DNA from: Mesorhizobium sp.
GTDB lineage: Bacteria > Pseudomonadota > Alphaproteobacteria > Rhizobiales > Rhizobiaceae
NCBI GenBank assembly: GCA_049650385.1
Contig: JBASAA010000006.1
Coordinates: 20,979 to 84,978, forward strand
Length of the DNA: 64,000 nucleotides
Direction of reading: 5' to 3'
Below, in pieces: positions 25,317-34,244 of this stretch. A program made the translations under genes and the position numbers. Position 1 is the stretch's first letter; every line of letters begins with the position of its first letter. The notes under the pieces are model-generated. The model was given only the letters and a program-made list of their open reading frames with translations. It did not search any database and had not been told where the DNA came from.

Positions 25317-26084
25317 ATGATCACAGCGATCGACCATGTCGTCATTCTGGCCCCGAAGCTTGAAGCCGCCACCAGATATTATCAATCCCTCGGGTTCGAC
25401 GTCCGCGCGGGCGGCCGTCATTCGACTGGAACCGAGAACGCGCTCATCGGTCTTGCCGACGGGACCTATATCGAGCTTCTGGCCTTCGCGATCCCCGACC
25501 CGAGCCATCGGTGGGCGCCGAAGCTCGAATTCGGCGGGGGATTCCTCGACGTCTGCCTGGTATCCGACGATATCGGCGGTGACGTGGCACGTTACCTCGA
25601 TGGTGGCATCGAGATGGCGCCGATCCGTGCAATGGGCCGCCAGCGCCCCGATGGCAAGGAGCTTTCCTGGCGGTTGACCATCCCCAAGGCGCCCTGGGCT
25701 GGACAGATGCCGTTTCTGATCGAAGATGTAAGCCCCAACGAGTGGCGCGTTCCGCCTGCGGGAAAGCATTCGAACGGGGCCTCAGGCATAGCTGCGCTAC
25801 GGTGGATCGTCGCCGATCACGCGGCGTTGTCGGAACTGCTTTCACGCACCCTCGGGAAGGGTGCCGAGCCGACCGTCAACGACACCTATAACGCTGCGGG
25901 GTCGAGGATCGAACTGGGCGCGACCCGGATCGAGATACTGTCGCCCTCCGGAGACGGCCCGGCAGCCGTTTGGCTCGCGGTCCAGAACGGTGGCCCCCAT
26001 AGCATGGCTTTCCGGACCAGCGACGGGCGCGAAATCGAGCACGGACCAGCGGCGGCGAGAAGCTGGACCGACTGGCCGCAATAG
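25317..26084 (+). CDS. VOC / glyoxalase-like domain protein
   Basis: MITAIDHVVILAPKLEAATRYYQSLGFDV..GGRH..GTENALIGLADGTYIELLAF is typical of glyoxalase-like (VOC) domains. The protein is 255 aa. Confidence 0.75.
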   Translation: MITAIDHVVILAPKLEAATRYYQSLGFDVRAGGRHSTGTENALIGLADGTYIELLAFAIPDPSHRWAPKLEFGGGFLDVCLVSDDIGGDVARYLDGGIEMAPIRAMGRQRPDGKELSWRLTIPKAPWAGQMPFLIEDVSPNEWRVPPAGKHSNGASGIAALRWIVADHAALSELLSRTLGKGAEPTVNDTYNAAGSRIELGATRIEILSPSGDGPAAVWLAVQNGGPHSMAFRTSDGREIEHGPAAARSWTDWPQ

Positions 26085-26474
26085 ACGTCTCGCTTCCCGG
26101 GCTGTCTGGGCTCTGCCGTGCCGCGACGGCTTTCGCCGGCGGCAGATGGGTACGATCTGTCAGGGTCATGGATATCGGAGCGGAGCTACTACCGCTGGCG
26201 CCGTGGGAACGGCGCGGCCTTGAGGTGACGCAGGCGTCGCCTGGCGGCTCTGGAGAAGGGCACACTCGGCGGCGAAAAGGCCGTGTCCATCCTGATGCCG
26301 GATGTGTCGATCCTCAAGGTCGTTGAGGAAAAGTACGGTTCTCCGCGATGCGCTCTCATATTCCCTTGGACCCGGCTTCGTGGCGCCTCGAATTCGCCGG
26401 CAGGCCGTCTACGGGTGCCTTTTATGGGATGCGGTCGGGCACGAAGCATTTGGTTTTCCGATATCAATGGGCTT

Positions 26475-26497
26475 AAAAATTTGCGTTCCAAATTTTT
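26475..26497. promoter_or_regulatory. Perfect AT-only 9-bp inverted repeat in the long leader before the D-amino-acid dehydrogenase operon
   Basis: AAAAATTTG (26475-26483), CGTTC, then CAAATTTTT (26489-26497), about 205 nt upstream of the ATG at 26702. Confidence 0.3.
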
Positions 26498-26701
26498 GCA
26501 CGATCCCTATGATCCTTCCCGGGAGGTGAAAAGGTTGGTTGATCGTCTTTCTGATCCAAGGCCGAGCGGTTTCGGACTGACGCGCGTGATGCCGTTGGTG
26601 CCTGCGCGTTTCTTCGCTGCGCTGCCGCTGATCCGCCTTGCCGTCGACTGCTTCCATTCCGCCGGACCCGGTCTCGCCCATTCCCCCCGGATCTCACCGC
26701 G

Positions 26702-27898
26702 ATGACGTCGTCTTCCTTTTCTTCGCCCGAAATCGATCGGGCAGATATTCTCATCGTTGGCGGTGGCATGGCCGGCGCCAGCGCGGCCTGGGAGCTCTCC
26801 GCCTTCGCGAAGGTCATCCTTCTGGAAAGGGAGGAGCAGTGCGGCTACCACGCCACGGGCCGTTCCGCAGCCAGCTTTACGGAAAACTATGGAACCACGA
26901 CTATCCGGCGGTTGGCCATGGCGAGCCGCGCTTTTCTGGAGCGCCCGCCGGAGGGTTTCTGCGAGCATCCGCTGATGAAGCCGCGCGGCATGATCACCAT
27001 TGCGCGTGAAGACCAGCTCAATCTGTTGGAAGAGGAACTGGCCCGGGCCAGGCAACTGGTGCCGTCCATCCGGCCGATGGAGGTGAAGGAGGCGCTCGAG
27101 CGCGTTGGCGTGTTGCGGCCGGATTATGTAGCGGCAGCCATCCTCGAGCCGGACTCGCGCGAGATCGACGTCAACGGCCTTCACCAGGGATTTCTGCGCG
27201 GCGCGCGAAAGCGGGGTGCTCGCATCGTTACCGGTGCGGGCGTGCAGGCGATTTCCCGACAGGGTGGAGACTGGCTCGTCGATGCGGGGAAGGAAAGATA
27301 CGGCGCTCCGGTCCTCGTCAACGCGGCCGGCGCCTGGGCCGACGGCATCGCCGCCATGGCAGGTGTCGCGCCGGTCGGGCTCACGCCGCTGCGGCGAACG
27401 GCTTTCAACATCCCGGTGCCGGAGGGCGTCTCCACCAGCGGCTGGCCGCTTGTCAACGACGTAGGGGGTGAGTTCTACTTCAAGCCCGATGCCGCGCAGA
27501 TATTCGTCTCGCCCGCCGATGCGACCCCGAGCGAACCTGTCGACGCCTATGCCGAGGATATCGACGTTGCGATCGGCGTCGATCGGCTGGAGAAGGCGAC
27601 GACGCTGAAGGTCGATCGCGTGACGCATAGCTGGGCCGGTCTGCGGACCTTCGCGGCCGACGGTTCCCCGGTCGTCGGGTTCGACCCTGTCGCGGAGGGC
27701 TTCTTCTGGCTCGCCGGGCAGGGCGGCTACGGGATCAAGACCGCGGCGGCGCTGGCGCGCACCTGCGCGGAATTGATCCGCTTCCAGCGGCTACCGGCCG
27801 ATATCCAGGCCCTCGGCGTGCAACCGGACGACCTGGCGCCGGCGCGGCTTACGCATTCACCGTTCCGAGAAACCACCAGAACAGGAATTATCGCATGA
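26702..27898 (+). CDS. FAD-dependent catabolic D-amino-acid dehydrogenase (DauA-like, DAO family)
   Basis: Dinucleotide fold ADILIVGGGMAGASAAWEL, then ...EREEQCGYHATGRSAASFTENYG..., ...VLVNAAGAWAD... and ...FFWLAGQGGYGI... These closely track my memory of the Pseudomonas D-arginine dehydrogenase DauA. Confidence 0.85.
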   Translation: MTSSSFSSPEIDRADILIVGGGMAGASAAWELSAFAKVILLEREEQCGYHATGRSAASFTENYGTTTIRRLAMASRAFLERPPEGFCEHPLMKPRGMITIAREDQLNLLEEELARARQLVPSIRPMEVKEALERVGVLRPDYVAAAILEPDSREIDVNGLHQGFLRGARKRGARIVTGAGVQAISRQGGDWLVDAGKERYGAPVLVNAAGAWADGIAAMAGVAPVGLTPLRRTAFNIPVPEGVSTSGWPLVNDVGGEFYFKPDAAQIFVSPADATPSEPVDAYAEDIDVAIGVDRLEKATTLKVDRVTHSWAGLRTFAADGSPVVGFDPVAEGFFWLAGQGGYGIKTAAALARTCAELIRFQRLPADIQALGVQPDDLAPARLTHSPFRETTRTGIIA

Positions 27899-28242
27899 CT
27901 ATTGAACGCCTCGCTGACGGACCCCGTTTCTGCCGTGCCCTGACGCACAACGGCACGCTCTATCTTTCGGGCATGACTGCCGACGATCTGGCCGGCGACA
28001 CGACGGCGCAGACCCGCGATATTCTCGCCAAGATCGACGGGTTCCTCGCCAAGGCAGGCACGGACAAGACTAAGGTCTTGAGCGCGGTGGTCTGGCTCCG
28101 GGATATCGCCGACTTCGAGAAGATGAATGCCGCCTGGGATGCCTGGATCGACAAGAGCGCGATGCCTGTGCGCGCGACGGTCGAGGCGCGGCTGGCCGGC
28201 GACGACTACCGCGTCGAGATCATGGTAACCGCTGCCGTATAA
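27895..28242 (+). CDS. RidA/YjgF-family deaminase (second copy)
   Basis: 115 aa with ...NGTLYLSGMTA... and ...MPVRATVEARL..VEIMV... including the conserved Arg. ATGA start/stop overlap with the dehydrogenase at 27895-27898. Confidence 0.8.
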   Translation: MTIERLADGPRFCRALTHNGTLYLSGMTADDLAGDTTAQTRDILAKIDGFLAKAGTDKTKVLSAVVWLRDIADFEKMNAAWDAWIDKSAMPVRATVEARLAGDDYRVEIMVTAAV

Positions 28243-28327
28243 TCGGCCGGCCTTATCCGTCCGATGCCGCGGGCGGGCCGTGGACAGTGACACGAAAACC
28301 AGTGAACAACAAAAAGGGGAAACGACG

Positions 28328-30028
28328 ATGAAAAAGCGCGATCACATTCTGTTGCCGAAACTGCGTGACCAACTCGACAGTGGGCGGATGAACCGCCGCG
28401 AGTTCGTCCGGTTCGCTGCGCTGCTCGGTGTCTCGGCCACTGCGGCCTATGGCATGGCCGGGATGGCAGCACCGGCGATGGCTGCGGACACTCTTCCTTT
28501 CGCGCCGGTCGATCCCAACGCCAAGAGCGGCGGGACGCTGAGAATAGCCCAGATGGTTGCCAAGATGGAGGATCCGGCAACCTATAGCTGGAACGAGATG
28601 TCGAACCAGTCACGACAGACCATCGAATACATGACCCAGGTCGGCCCCGACAACGTCGTGCGTCCGATGCTGGTCGAGTCCTGGGAGCCGTCCGACGACC
28701 TCAAGACCTGGACGCTGCATGTCCGCAAGGGTGTCATGTGGCACAATGGCGAGGAACTGAGCGCGGATCATCTTGCCTGGAACATCCTGCGCTGGACGGA
28801 TTCCGCCACCGGTTCCTCGACGCTCGGCCTTTCGACGTTTTCGGCGCTGTCGACGGCAACCGGTGACAAGAACGAGAAGGGCAAGCCCGTCCGCAAGCCG
28901 ACCGCCGGTGCTGTGGAAGTCGTGGACAGCCACACCCTGAAGCTGAACCTCTCGACGCCGGTGCTCTCGGTTGCCGAAGATTGCGCGGAATACCCGGCCC
29001 TCATCGTGCATCCGTCGTTCAAGCCGCCGTTTTCCGAGAACTGTATCGGCACCGGTCCCTTCACCGTCGCGGAGCTGAAAGTGGGTGAACGCTGCATCCT
29101 CAAGCGCATTGCCAAGACGACCGACGGGAAGGATTTCAAATACTGGGGCGGCGATGTTTTCCTCGATGAAATCCACTTCTACCACTATGAGCAGGAAAAT
29201 CAGGCGGCGGCGCTGGCGTCGGATTCCGTGGACGCCATCTATGAACTGACGGTGGAACAACTCGAACTGGCGCGCTCCATCGAGGGGGCGCAGATCGCGT
29301 CGGTGAAGACGGCGCAGACTATCTGCTGCCGCATGCAGGTCGACAAGGAACCCTTCACCGACATTCGCGTCCGTCAGGCCGTCGTCAAGGCCGCGGACAA
29401 CAATGCGATCCAGGCGCTGATCTTCCCGGAAGCGGGAGATGCGGCCCGCAACTATCACGTCAGCCCCGTGCATCCCGAGTTCTTCGACCTGCCGATGACG
29501 GAACGCGACGTGGAGGGGGCGAAGGCGCTTCTGGCCGAAGCCGGCCACGGCAACGGCCTTGATCTCACCATCGACGTGGGCAATACCGACGGCCAGTGGC
29601 AGCAGGCCGTTTGCGAGGCTTTGCGCGATCAGCTCAAGGACGCCGGCATCAATCTCAACGTCAACGTGATGCCGACCTCGAAGTTCTGGGAAATCTGGGA
29701 CAAGACGCCCTTTGGCGCCACGTCCTGGGCGCACAGGCCGCTGGGCACGATGGCGCTTGCCCAGGCTTACCGCACCGGCGTGCCGTGGAACGAAAGCCAC
29801 TTCTCCGATCCCGAATTCGACAAGGCGCTGTCGGATGCCGAAGCGACCATCGACGTCGAGGCCCGCCGGGCCAAGATGGAGAAGGTGGAAAAGATCCTCC
29901 AGGATGCCGCGATCATGGTCCAGCCGCTGTGGAGGCCCGTCTACACAATGACCTCGGCCAAGGTTCACGGCTACAGCGCCCACCCCTCGCGCCAGATGCA
30001 GTTGACCAAGGTCTGGATCGATAGTTGA
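28328..30028 (+). CDS. ABC transporter substrate-binding protein, family 5 (peptide/opine/nickel type) with twin-arginine signal
   Basis: Tat-like ...GRMNRREFVRFAALLGVSATAAYGMAGMAAPAMAA. The start is at MKKRDH, with GGGGA 7 nt upstream; the track ORF starts at 28280. Confidence 0.88.
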   Translation: MKKRDHILLPKLRDQLDSGRMNRREFVRFAALLGVSATAAYGMAGMAAPAMAADTLPFAPVDPNAKSGGTLRIAQMVAKMEDPATYSWNEMSNQSRQTIEYMTQVGPDNVVRPMLVESWEPSDDLKTWTLHVRKGVMWHNGEELSADHLAWNILRWTDSATGSSTLGLSTFSALSTATGDKNEKGKPVRKPTAGAVEVVDSHTLKLNLSTPVLSVAEDCAEYPALIVHPSFKPPFSENCIGTGPFTVAELKVGERCILKRIAKTTDGKDFKYWGGDVFLDEIHFYHYEQENQAAALASDSVDAIYELTVEQLELARSIEGAQIASVKTAQTICCRMQVDKEPFTDIRVRQAVVKAADNNAIQALIFPEAGDAARNYHVSPVHPEFFDLPMTERDVEGAKALLAEAGHGNGLDLTIDVGNTDGQWQQAVCEALRDQLKDAGINLNVNVMPTSKFWEIWDKTPFGATSWAHRPLGTMALAQAYRTGVPWNESHFSDPEFDKALSDAEATIDVEARRAKMEKVEKILQDAAIMVQPLWRPVYTMTSAKVHGYSAHPSRQMQLTKVWIDS

Positions 30029-30200
30029 CGCCATCGGTCCAGAGCCTGATCGGCGCGTACGCCATTACGTGCGCGCCGGCAGGTTTTCGCAATCGGCATT
30101 CCATCAGTGAAGAACGGGAACTTGTCTTGATCGGGAGCATACATAGCACCGGCGGCGCTGCTGCCGTCCGCTCCGCGGCATGTGGATGCAGCGGTGCCGC

Positions 30201-31151
30201 ATGCTGAGGCTGATCGCCCGCCGCGTGGCCCAGATGCTGCTCATCATGGCTACCGTCTCCCTGATCCTGTTCGCCATTTTCGACAGCGACCAGTTCCGCA
30301 AGCGGGTCGCGATATCCGAACTCGGTGGGTTCGGGGTCGCGACGCTGTCGGAGCAGGACTACCAGAACTGGTTGGAAAACAAGGGGTTGAACGCTCCCTT
30401 TCTCCTGCGTTACGGCGAATGGCTCGGCAAGCTGGCCCATGGCGATTTCGGCCGTTCTCTCGAGAAGAACGTGGAAGTCAGCACGCTTCTGTCCGAAAGA
30501 CTCTTCAACACCGGGGTCCTCGCTTTTTCGGTGCTGCTGATCATGGTGCCGGTCTCGCTTCTGCTGGGCGTCCTGGCCGGCATGGATGAAGGATCGCTGC
30601 TGGATCGCATCATTTCCATCGGAGCGGTGATCTCTACCTCCATCCCCCAGATTGCCACCGCCGTGCTGCTCACCGTCGTTCTCGCGCTGGGCCTCGGCTG
30701 GGTCCCGGCCAAATCGGCGATGGTCGACGGGTTCAATTTCAGGCAACTCGTCCTGCCACTGCTTACCCTGCTGATCTACGACATCGGCTATGTGGTGAGG
30801 ATGACGCGGGCCTCGATGGCCGAGGTCATGACCTCCCACTATATCCGCACGGCGGTGCTGAAAGGGCTGCCCTACTGGCGCGTGATCATGAAGCATGCGC
30901 TGCGCAATGCGCTCATCGTGCCGTTCACGCTGATCTTCCTGCAACTCAACTGGCTGCTCTCGGAAGTGGTCGTGGTCGAGGTCTTCTTCCAGTACGCCGG
31001 ATTTGGCCGGATGCTTTTCGACGCGGCCGTCTATGGCGATATCGCCGTCGTGCAGGCGGCGACGCTCGTTGCCGTCGGCGTGGCGGTGCTTTCGCAACTG
31101 ATGTCCGACATCGTCTACATGACGCTAAACCCGAGGGTGCGGTTCGCATGA
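30201..31151 (+). CDS. ABC transporter permease (DppB/OppB-like)
   Basis: MLRLIARRVAQMLLIMATVSLILFAIF... is a typical DppB N-terminus on a polytopic protein. Its stop overlaps the next start. Confidence 0.88.
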   Translation: MLRLIARRVAQMLLIMATVSLILFAIFDSDQFRKRVAISELGGFGVATLSEQDYQNWLENKGLNAPFLLRYGEWLGKLAHGDFGRSLEKNVEVSTLLSERLFNTGVLAFSVLLIMVPVSLLLGVLAGMDEGSLLDRIISIGAVISTSIPQIATAVLLTVVLALGLGWVPAKSAMVDGFNFRQLVLPLLTLLIYDIGYVVRMTRASMAEVMTSHYIRTAVLKGLPYWRVIMKHALRNALIVPFTLIFLQLNWLLSEVVVVEVFFQYAGFGRMLFDAAVYGDIAVVQAATLVAVGVAVLSQLMSDIVYMTLNPRVRFA

Positions 31152-32176
31152 CGACGGCTCTCGATCCGACACCCGCCTCGACCGTGCGGAGCCTCGCGCC
31201 CTCGTCCACCGGCAGCCGCGTCATCCTGCTGCTTTTGTTGATCTACGTGCCGCTCGCCGCCTACGTGATGTTCGGCGCGCAAATCGGCGCACTGAAACAT
31301 TACGTCCTGGTCCCGGCTATCCCGGCGGTGCTCGTTCTTTACGGCATGGCCGTTCGCGCATGGCGCGGGTCCACGATCGCGGTCATCGGGGCGACACTGG
31401 TTTTCTTCTGGCTGCTGATCGCGGTTTCGGCGCCCTATCTGCCGATCCTCGATCCCAACAAGCCGATTGCGCCCTATGCGCTGCCGGGTGCGGTGAAGAA
31501 CGGGGTCACCTTCCTGCTCGGGTCCGATCTTCGCGGCCGCGACATGCTTTCCCGAACCCTGTGGGGGTGCCAGCGCGTCCTGGTATGGGGCATCACCGCC
31601 ACCTCGATCGCCTATGTCGTCGGTGCCACCTTCGGCCTGGTCGCCGGCTATCTCGGCGGCTGGTGGGACGAAATCCTGTCCTTCATCTCCAACGTGCTTC
31701 TGTCCTTCCCCGTCATGGTTCTCTTCATCCTGATCCTCAATTATCTGGGGCAGAGCGGGTTCAACATCGTGGTCGCCGTGACGATTTCGTCGGCGCCGGC
31801 CATCATGCGCATCGTGCGCGGGCTGACCCTCGACATGCGGACACGCGACTACATCTTCGCCGCGCAGACGAGGGGCGAGCACCCGCTGTGGATCATGATG
31901 GTCGAGTTGTTGCCGAACGCCCGCGGCCCCCTCATCGTCGATGCCTGCCTGCGGCTGGGCTACACGACCGTCGCCATCACGACGCTCACCTTCCTGGGGC
32001 TGGGGTTGCAGCCGCCCGATCCCGACTGGGGCCTGATGATCAAGGAAGCAGCGACTGCGGCGTTGGTCTGGAAATTCACCTATATGCTCGTCATTCCTTC
32101 CATAGCGGTGTCCAGCCTCATCCTGGGCTTCAACCTCATGGCCGATGGCCTGAGGGAACTGAGCCTCAAGGACTGA
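31148..32176 (+). CDS. ABC transporter permease (DppC/OppC-like)
   Basis: Polytopic 342-aa ORF with an ATGA overlap at 31148-31151 and a C-terminal ...FNLMADGLRELSLKD typical of DppC-type permeases. Confidence 0.88.
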   Translation: MTTALDPTPASTVRSLAPSSTGSRVILLLLLIYVPLAAYVMFGAQIGALKHYVLVPAIPAVLVLYGMAVRAWRGSTIAVIGATLVFFWLLIAVSAPYLPILDPNKPIAPYALPGAVKNGVTFLLGSDLRGRDMLSRTLWGCQRVLVWGITATSIAYVVGATFGLVAGYLGGWWDEILSFISNVLLSFPVMVLFILILNYLGQSGFNIVVAVTISSAPAIMRIVRGLTLDMRTRDYIFAAQTRGEHPLWIMMVELLPNARGPLIVDACLRLGYTTVAITTLTFLGLGLQPPDPDWGLMIKEAATAALVWKFTYMLVIPSIAVSSLILGFNLMADGLRELSLKD

Positions 32177-32180
32177 GACG

Positions 32181-34244
32181 ATGCAGCCCACCGCTCAAAT
32201 CCCACGCGACGATGCGGTTCCGGTACTGGAATGCCGGAACCTGTCGATCTCCTATTTCACCCGCGGCGGCGAGGTGCCGGCCGTCATCGACTTCAACCTG
32301 AAGCTTATGCCCGGCCAGTCGCATGGCCTTGTCGGGGAATCCGGCTGCGGCAAATCCACGGTGGCGTTGGCCATCATGCGCTATCTCGGCAAGAACGGCC
32401 GCATCGTCGGAGGCGAGATCCTTCTGGAGGGCCGTAATATCCTGACCATGCAGGGCGCTGAGCTACGCCGGTTGCGGGGCTCGCAGATCGCGATGATCTA
32501 CCAGGAGCCGATGGCTTCGCTCAATCCATCCATGACGATCGCGGAGCAGCTCGCCGAGGTTCCGATCTACCAGGGCGGGGTAGGGCGGCAGGAGGCCTTG
32601 CAGCAGGCGCGCGCCATGCTGGAGCGCGTCCGGCTGACGGATTGCGACCGCCTGATGAACGCCTATCCGCACCAGATTTCAGGTGGCCAGCAGCAGCGCG
32701 TGGTGATCGCCATGGCGCTGCTCGCCAATCCTAAGGTGCTGCTGCTCGACGAGCCGACGACGGCGCTCGACGTGACCATCGAATCCGGCATCGTCGACCT
32801 GATCGGCGACCTGTCCCGGCAGTTCGGCATGTCGATGATCTATGTCTCGCACAATCTCGGTCTGGTGCGCGAGACGTGCGATTTCATCACCGTCATGTAT
32901 TCGGGCGAAGCCGTGGAGAGCGGACCGGTCGCCGACGTGTTCGGCGCGGTGCGCCATCCCTATACGCGCGGCCTGTTCGCTTCCATCCCGGTGCCCGGCG
33001 CCGACAAGAACACGCGTCCGCTGGTCGCCATTCCCGGCCAACTTCCGGCGCCCGGCGATCGGCCGCGCGGATGCAATTTCGGCCCGCGCTGCGAGTTCTT
33101 CGTTGCCGAACGCTGCGGCAGGGACGCGGTGCCGATGATCCGTCCGCAGGGACGAGCGGCCCGGCTTTCGCGTTGCGCGCGCGTGGACGAGATCGACTGG
33201 AACGCCGCCCCCCGGACCACCGGCAACAGGCCGGCTCCCGTTATTGGCGACGTTGCAGTGAAGGTCGACGCGCTCAGCAAGAGCTATGGTCGCGTCAAGG
33301 CCAACGATGCCCTGACATTCGATGCCAACGTGGCCGAAACGGTCGCGATCGTCGGCGAGTCCGGCTGCGGCAAGTCGACTTTCGCCAGGATACTGATGGG
33401 CCTGGAGGAAGCGACGGCGGGATCGCTGCGGGTGGGCGACCTGGACGTGGCGAAATTGCCTGTCCAGAAGCGGGACCGCAAGACGGTCGTCAACCTGCAG
33501 ATGGTCTTCCAGAATCCCTTCGACACGCTCAATCCAAGCCATACGGTCGGCTCGCAGATTGCGCGCGTGATCAGGAAGCTGGGAGGAACCAAGGACAGGA
33601 AGGCCATCGAGCAGCGGGTGCGCGAACTGCTCGATCTCGTCAAGCTGCCGCATGATTTCATGCACCGGCGGCCAAGGCAGCTCTCAGGAGGGCAGAAGCA
33701 ACGCGTGGGGATCGCGAGGGCCTTTGCGGGCAATCCGGCCGTGGTTGTTGCCGACGAGCCGGTTTCGGCGCTCGACGTTTCGGTGCAGGCCGCGATCACC
33801 GAACTGCTGCTGGATATCCAGCGCGATGAAAAGACGACGCTTCTGTTCATCAGCCATGACTTGTCGGTGGTGCGCTACCTGGCCGACCGGATCGTCGTCA
33901 TGTATCTCGGCCAGGTGATGGAGCAGGGCGGCGCGGACGCCGTGTTCTCTCCGCCCTACCACCCCTATACCGAGGCCCTGCTGTCGGCGATCCCGATCGC
34001 GGACAGCAGCATCAGCAAGCGCAAGGTCGTTCTTTCGGGCGAGATGCCGTCGCCGTCGAATCCGCCGGCCGGATGCCCTTTCTCGACGCGGTGTCCCTAT
34101 GTGCTGGGCGAGTTGTGCAGGGAAAAACGTCCGCCGGTCCACGAGTTTTCGGCAACCCACAAGATCGCCTGCCATCTGCCGCGCGAACGGCTTCTTGCCA
34201 TGCAGCCGGTGATCGCGGTGCCGTTGGAGGCACCCGATGCATGA
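32181..34244 (+). CDS. ABC transporter ATP-binding protein, fused tandem (DppD-DppF in one 687-aa chain)
   Basis: Two complete cassettes are present. The first has [24 protein letters not shown] and LLLDEP. The second has [24 protein letters not shown] and VVADEP. Each ends with the oligopeptide-type Cys-rich C-terminal motif. Confidence 0.92.
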   Translation: MQPTAQIPRDDAVPVLECRNLSISYFTRGGEVPAVIDFNLKLMPGQSHGLVGESGCGKSTVALAIMRYLGKNGRIVGGEILLEGRNILTMQGAELRRLRGSQIAMIYQEPMASLNPSMTIAEQLAEVPIYQGGVGRQEALQQARAMLERVRLTDCDRLMNAYPHQISGGQQQRVVIAMALLANPKVLLLDEPTTALDVTIESGIVDLIGDLSRQFGMSMIYVSHNLGLVRETCDFITVMYSGEAVESGPVADVFGAVRHPYTRGLFASIPVPGADKNTRPLVAIPGQLPAPGDRPRGCNFGPRCEFFVAERCGRDAVPMIRPQGRAARLSRCARVDEIDWNAAPRTTGNRPAPVIGDVAVKVDALSKSYGRVKANDALTFDANVAETVAIVGESGCGKSTFARILMGLEEATAGSLRVGDLDVAKLPVQKRDRKTVVNLQMVFQNPFDTLNPSHTVGSQIARVIRKLGGTKDRKAIEQRVRELLDLVKLPHDFMHRRPRQLSGGQKQRVGIARAFAGNPAVVVADEPVSALDVSVQAAITELLLDIQRDEKTTLLFISHDLSVVRYLADRIVVMYLGQVMEQGGADAVFSPPYHPYTEALLSAIPIADSSISKRKVVLSGEMPSPSNPPAGCPFSTRCPYVLGELCREKRPPVHEFSATHKIACHLPRERLLAMQPVIAVPLEAPDA

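Noticed and set aside
26283-26705. 140-aa ORF in the 617-bp gap as a bona fide CDS
   Set aside because: It has no SD, lower third-position GC than its neighbours, and a Trp/Cys/Arg/Pro-rich product with no recognisable family. I keep it as a finding (possible remnant) but do not annotate it as a gene.
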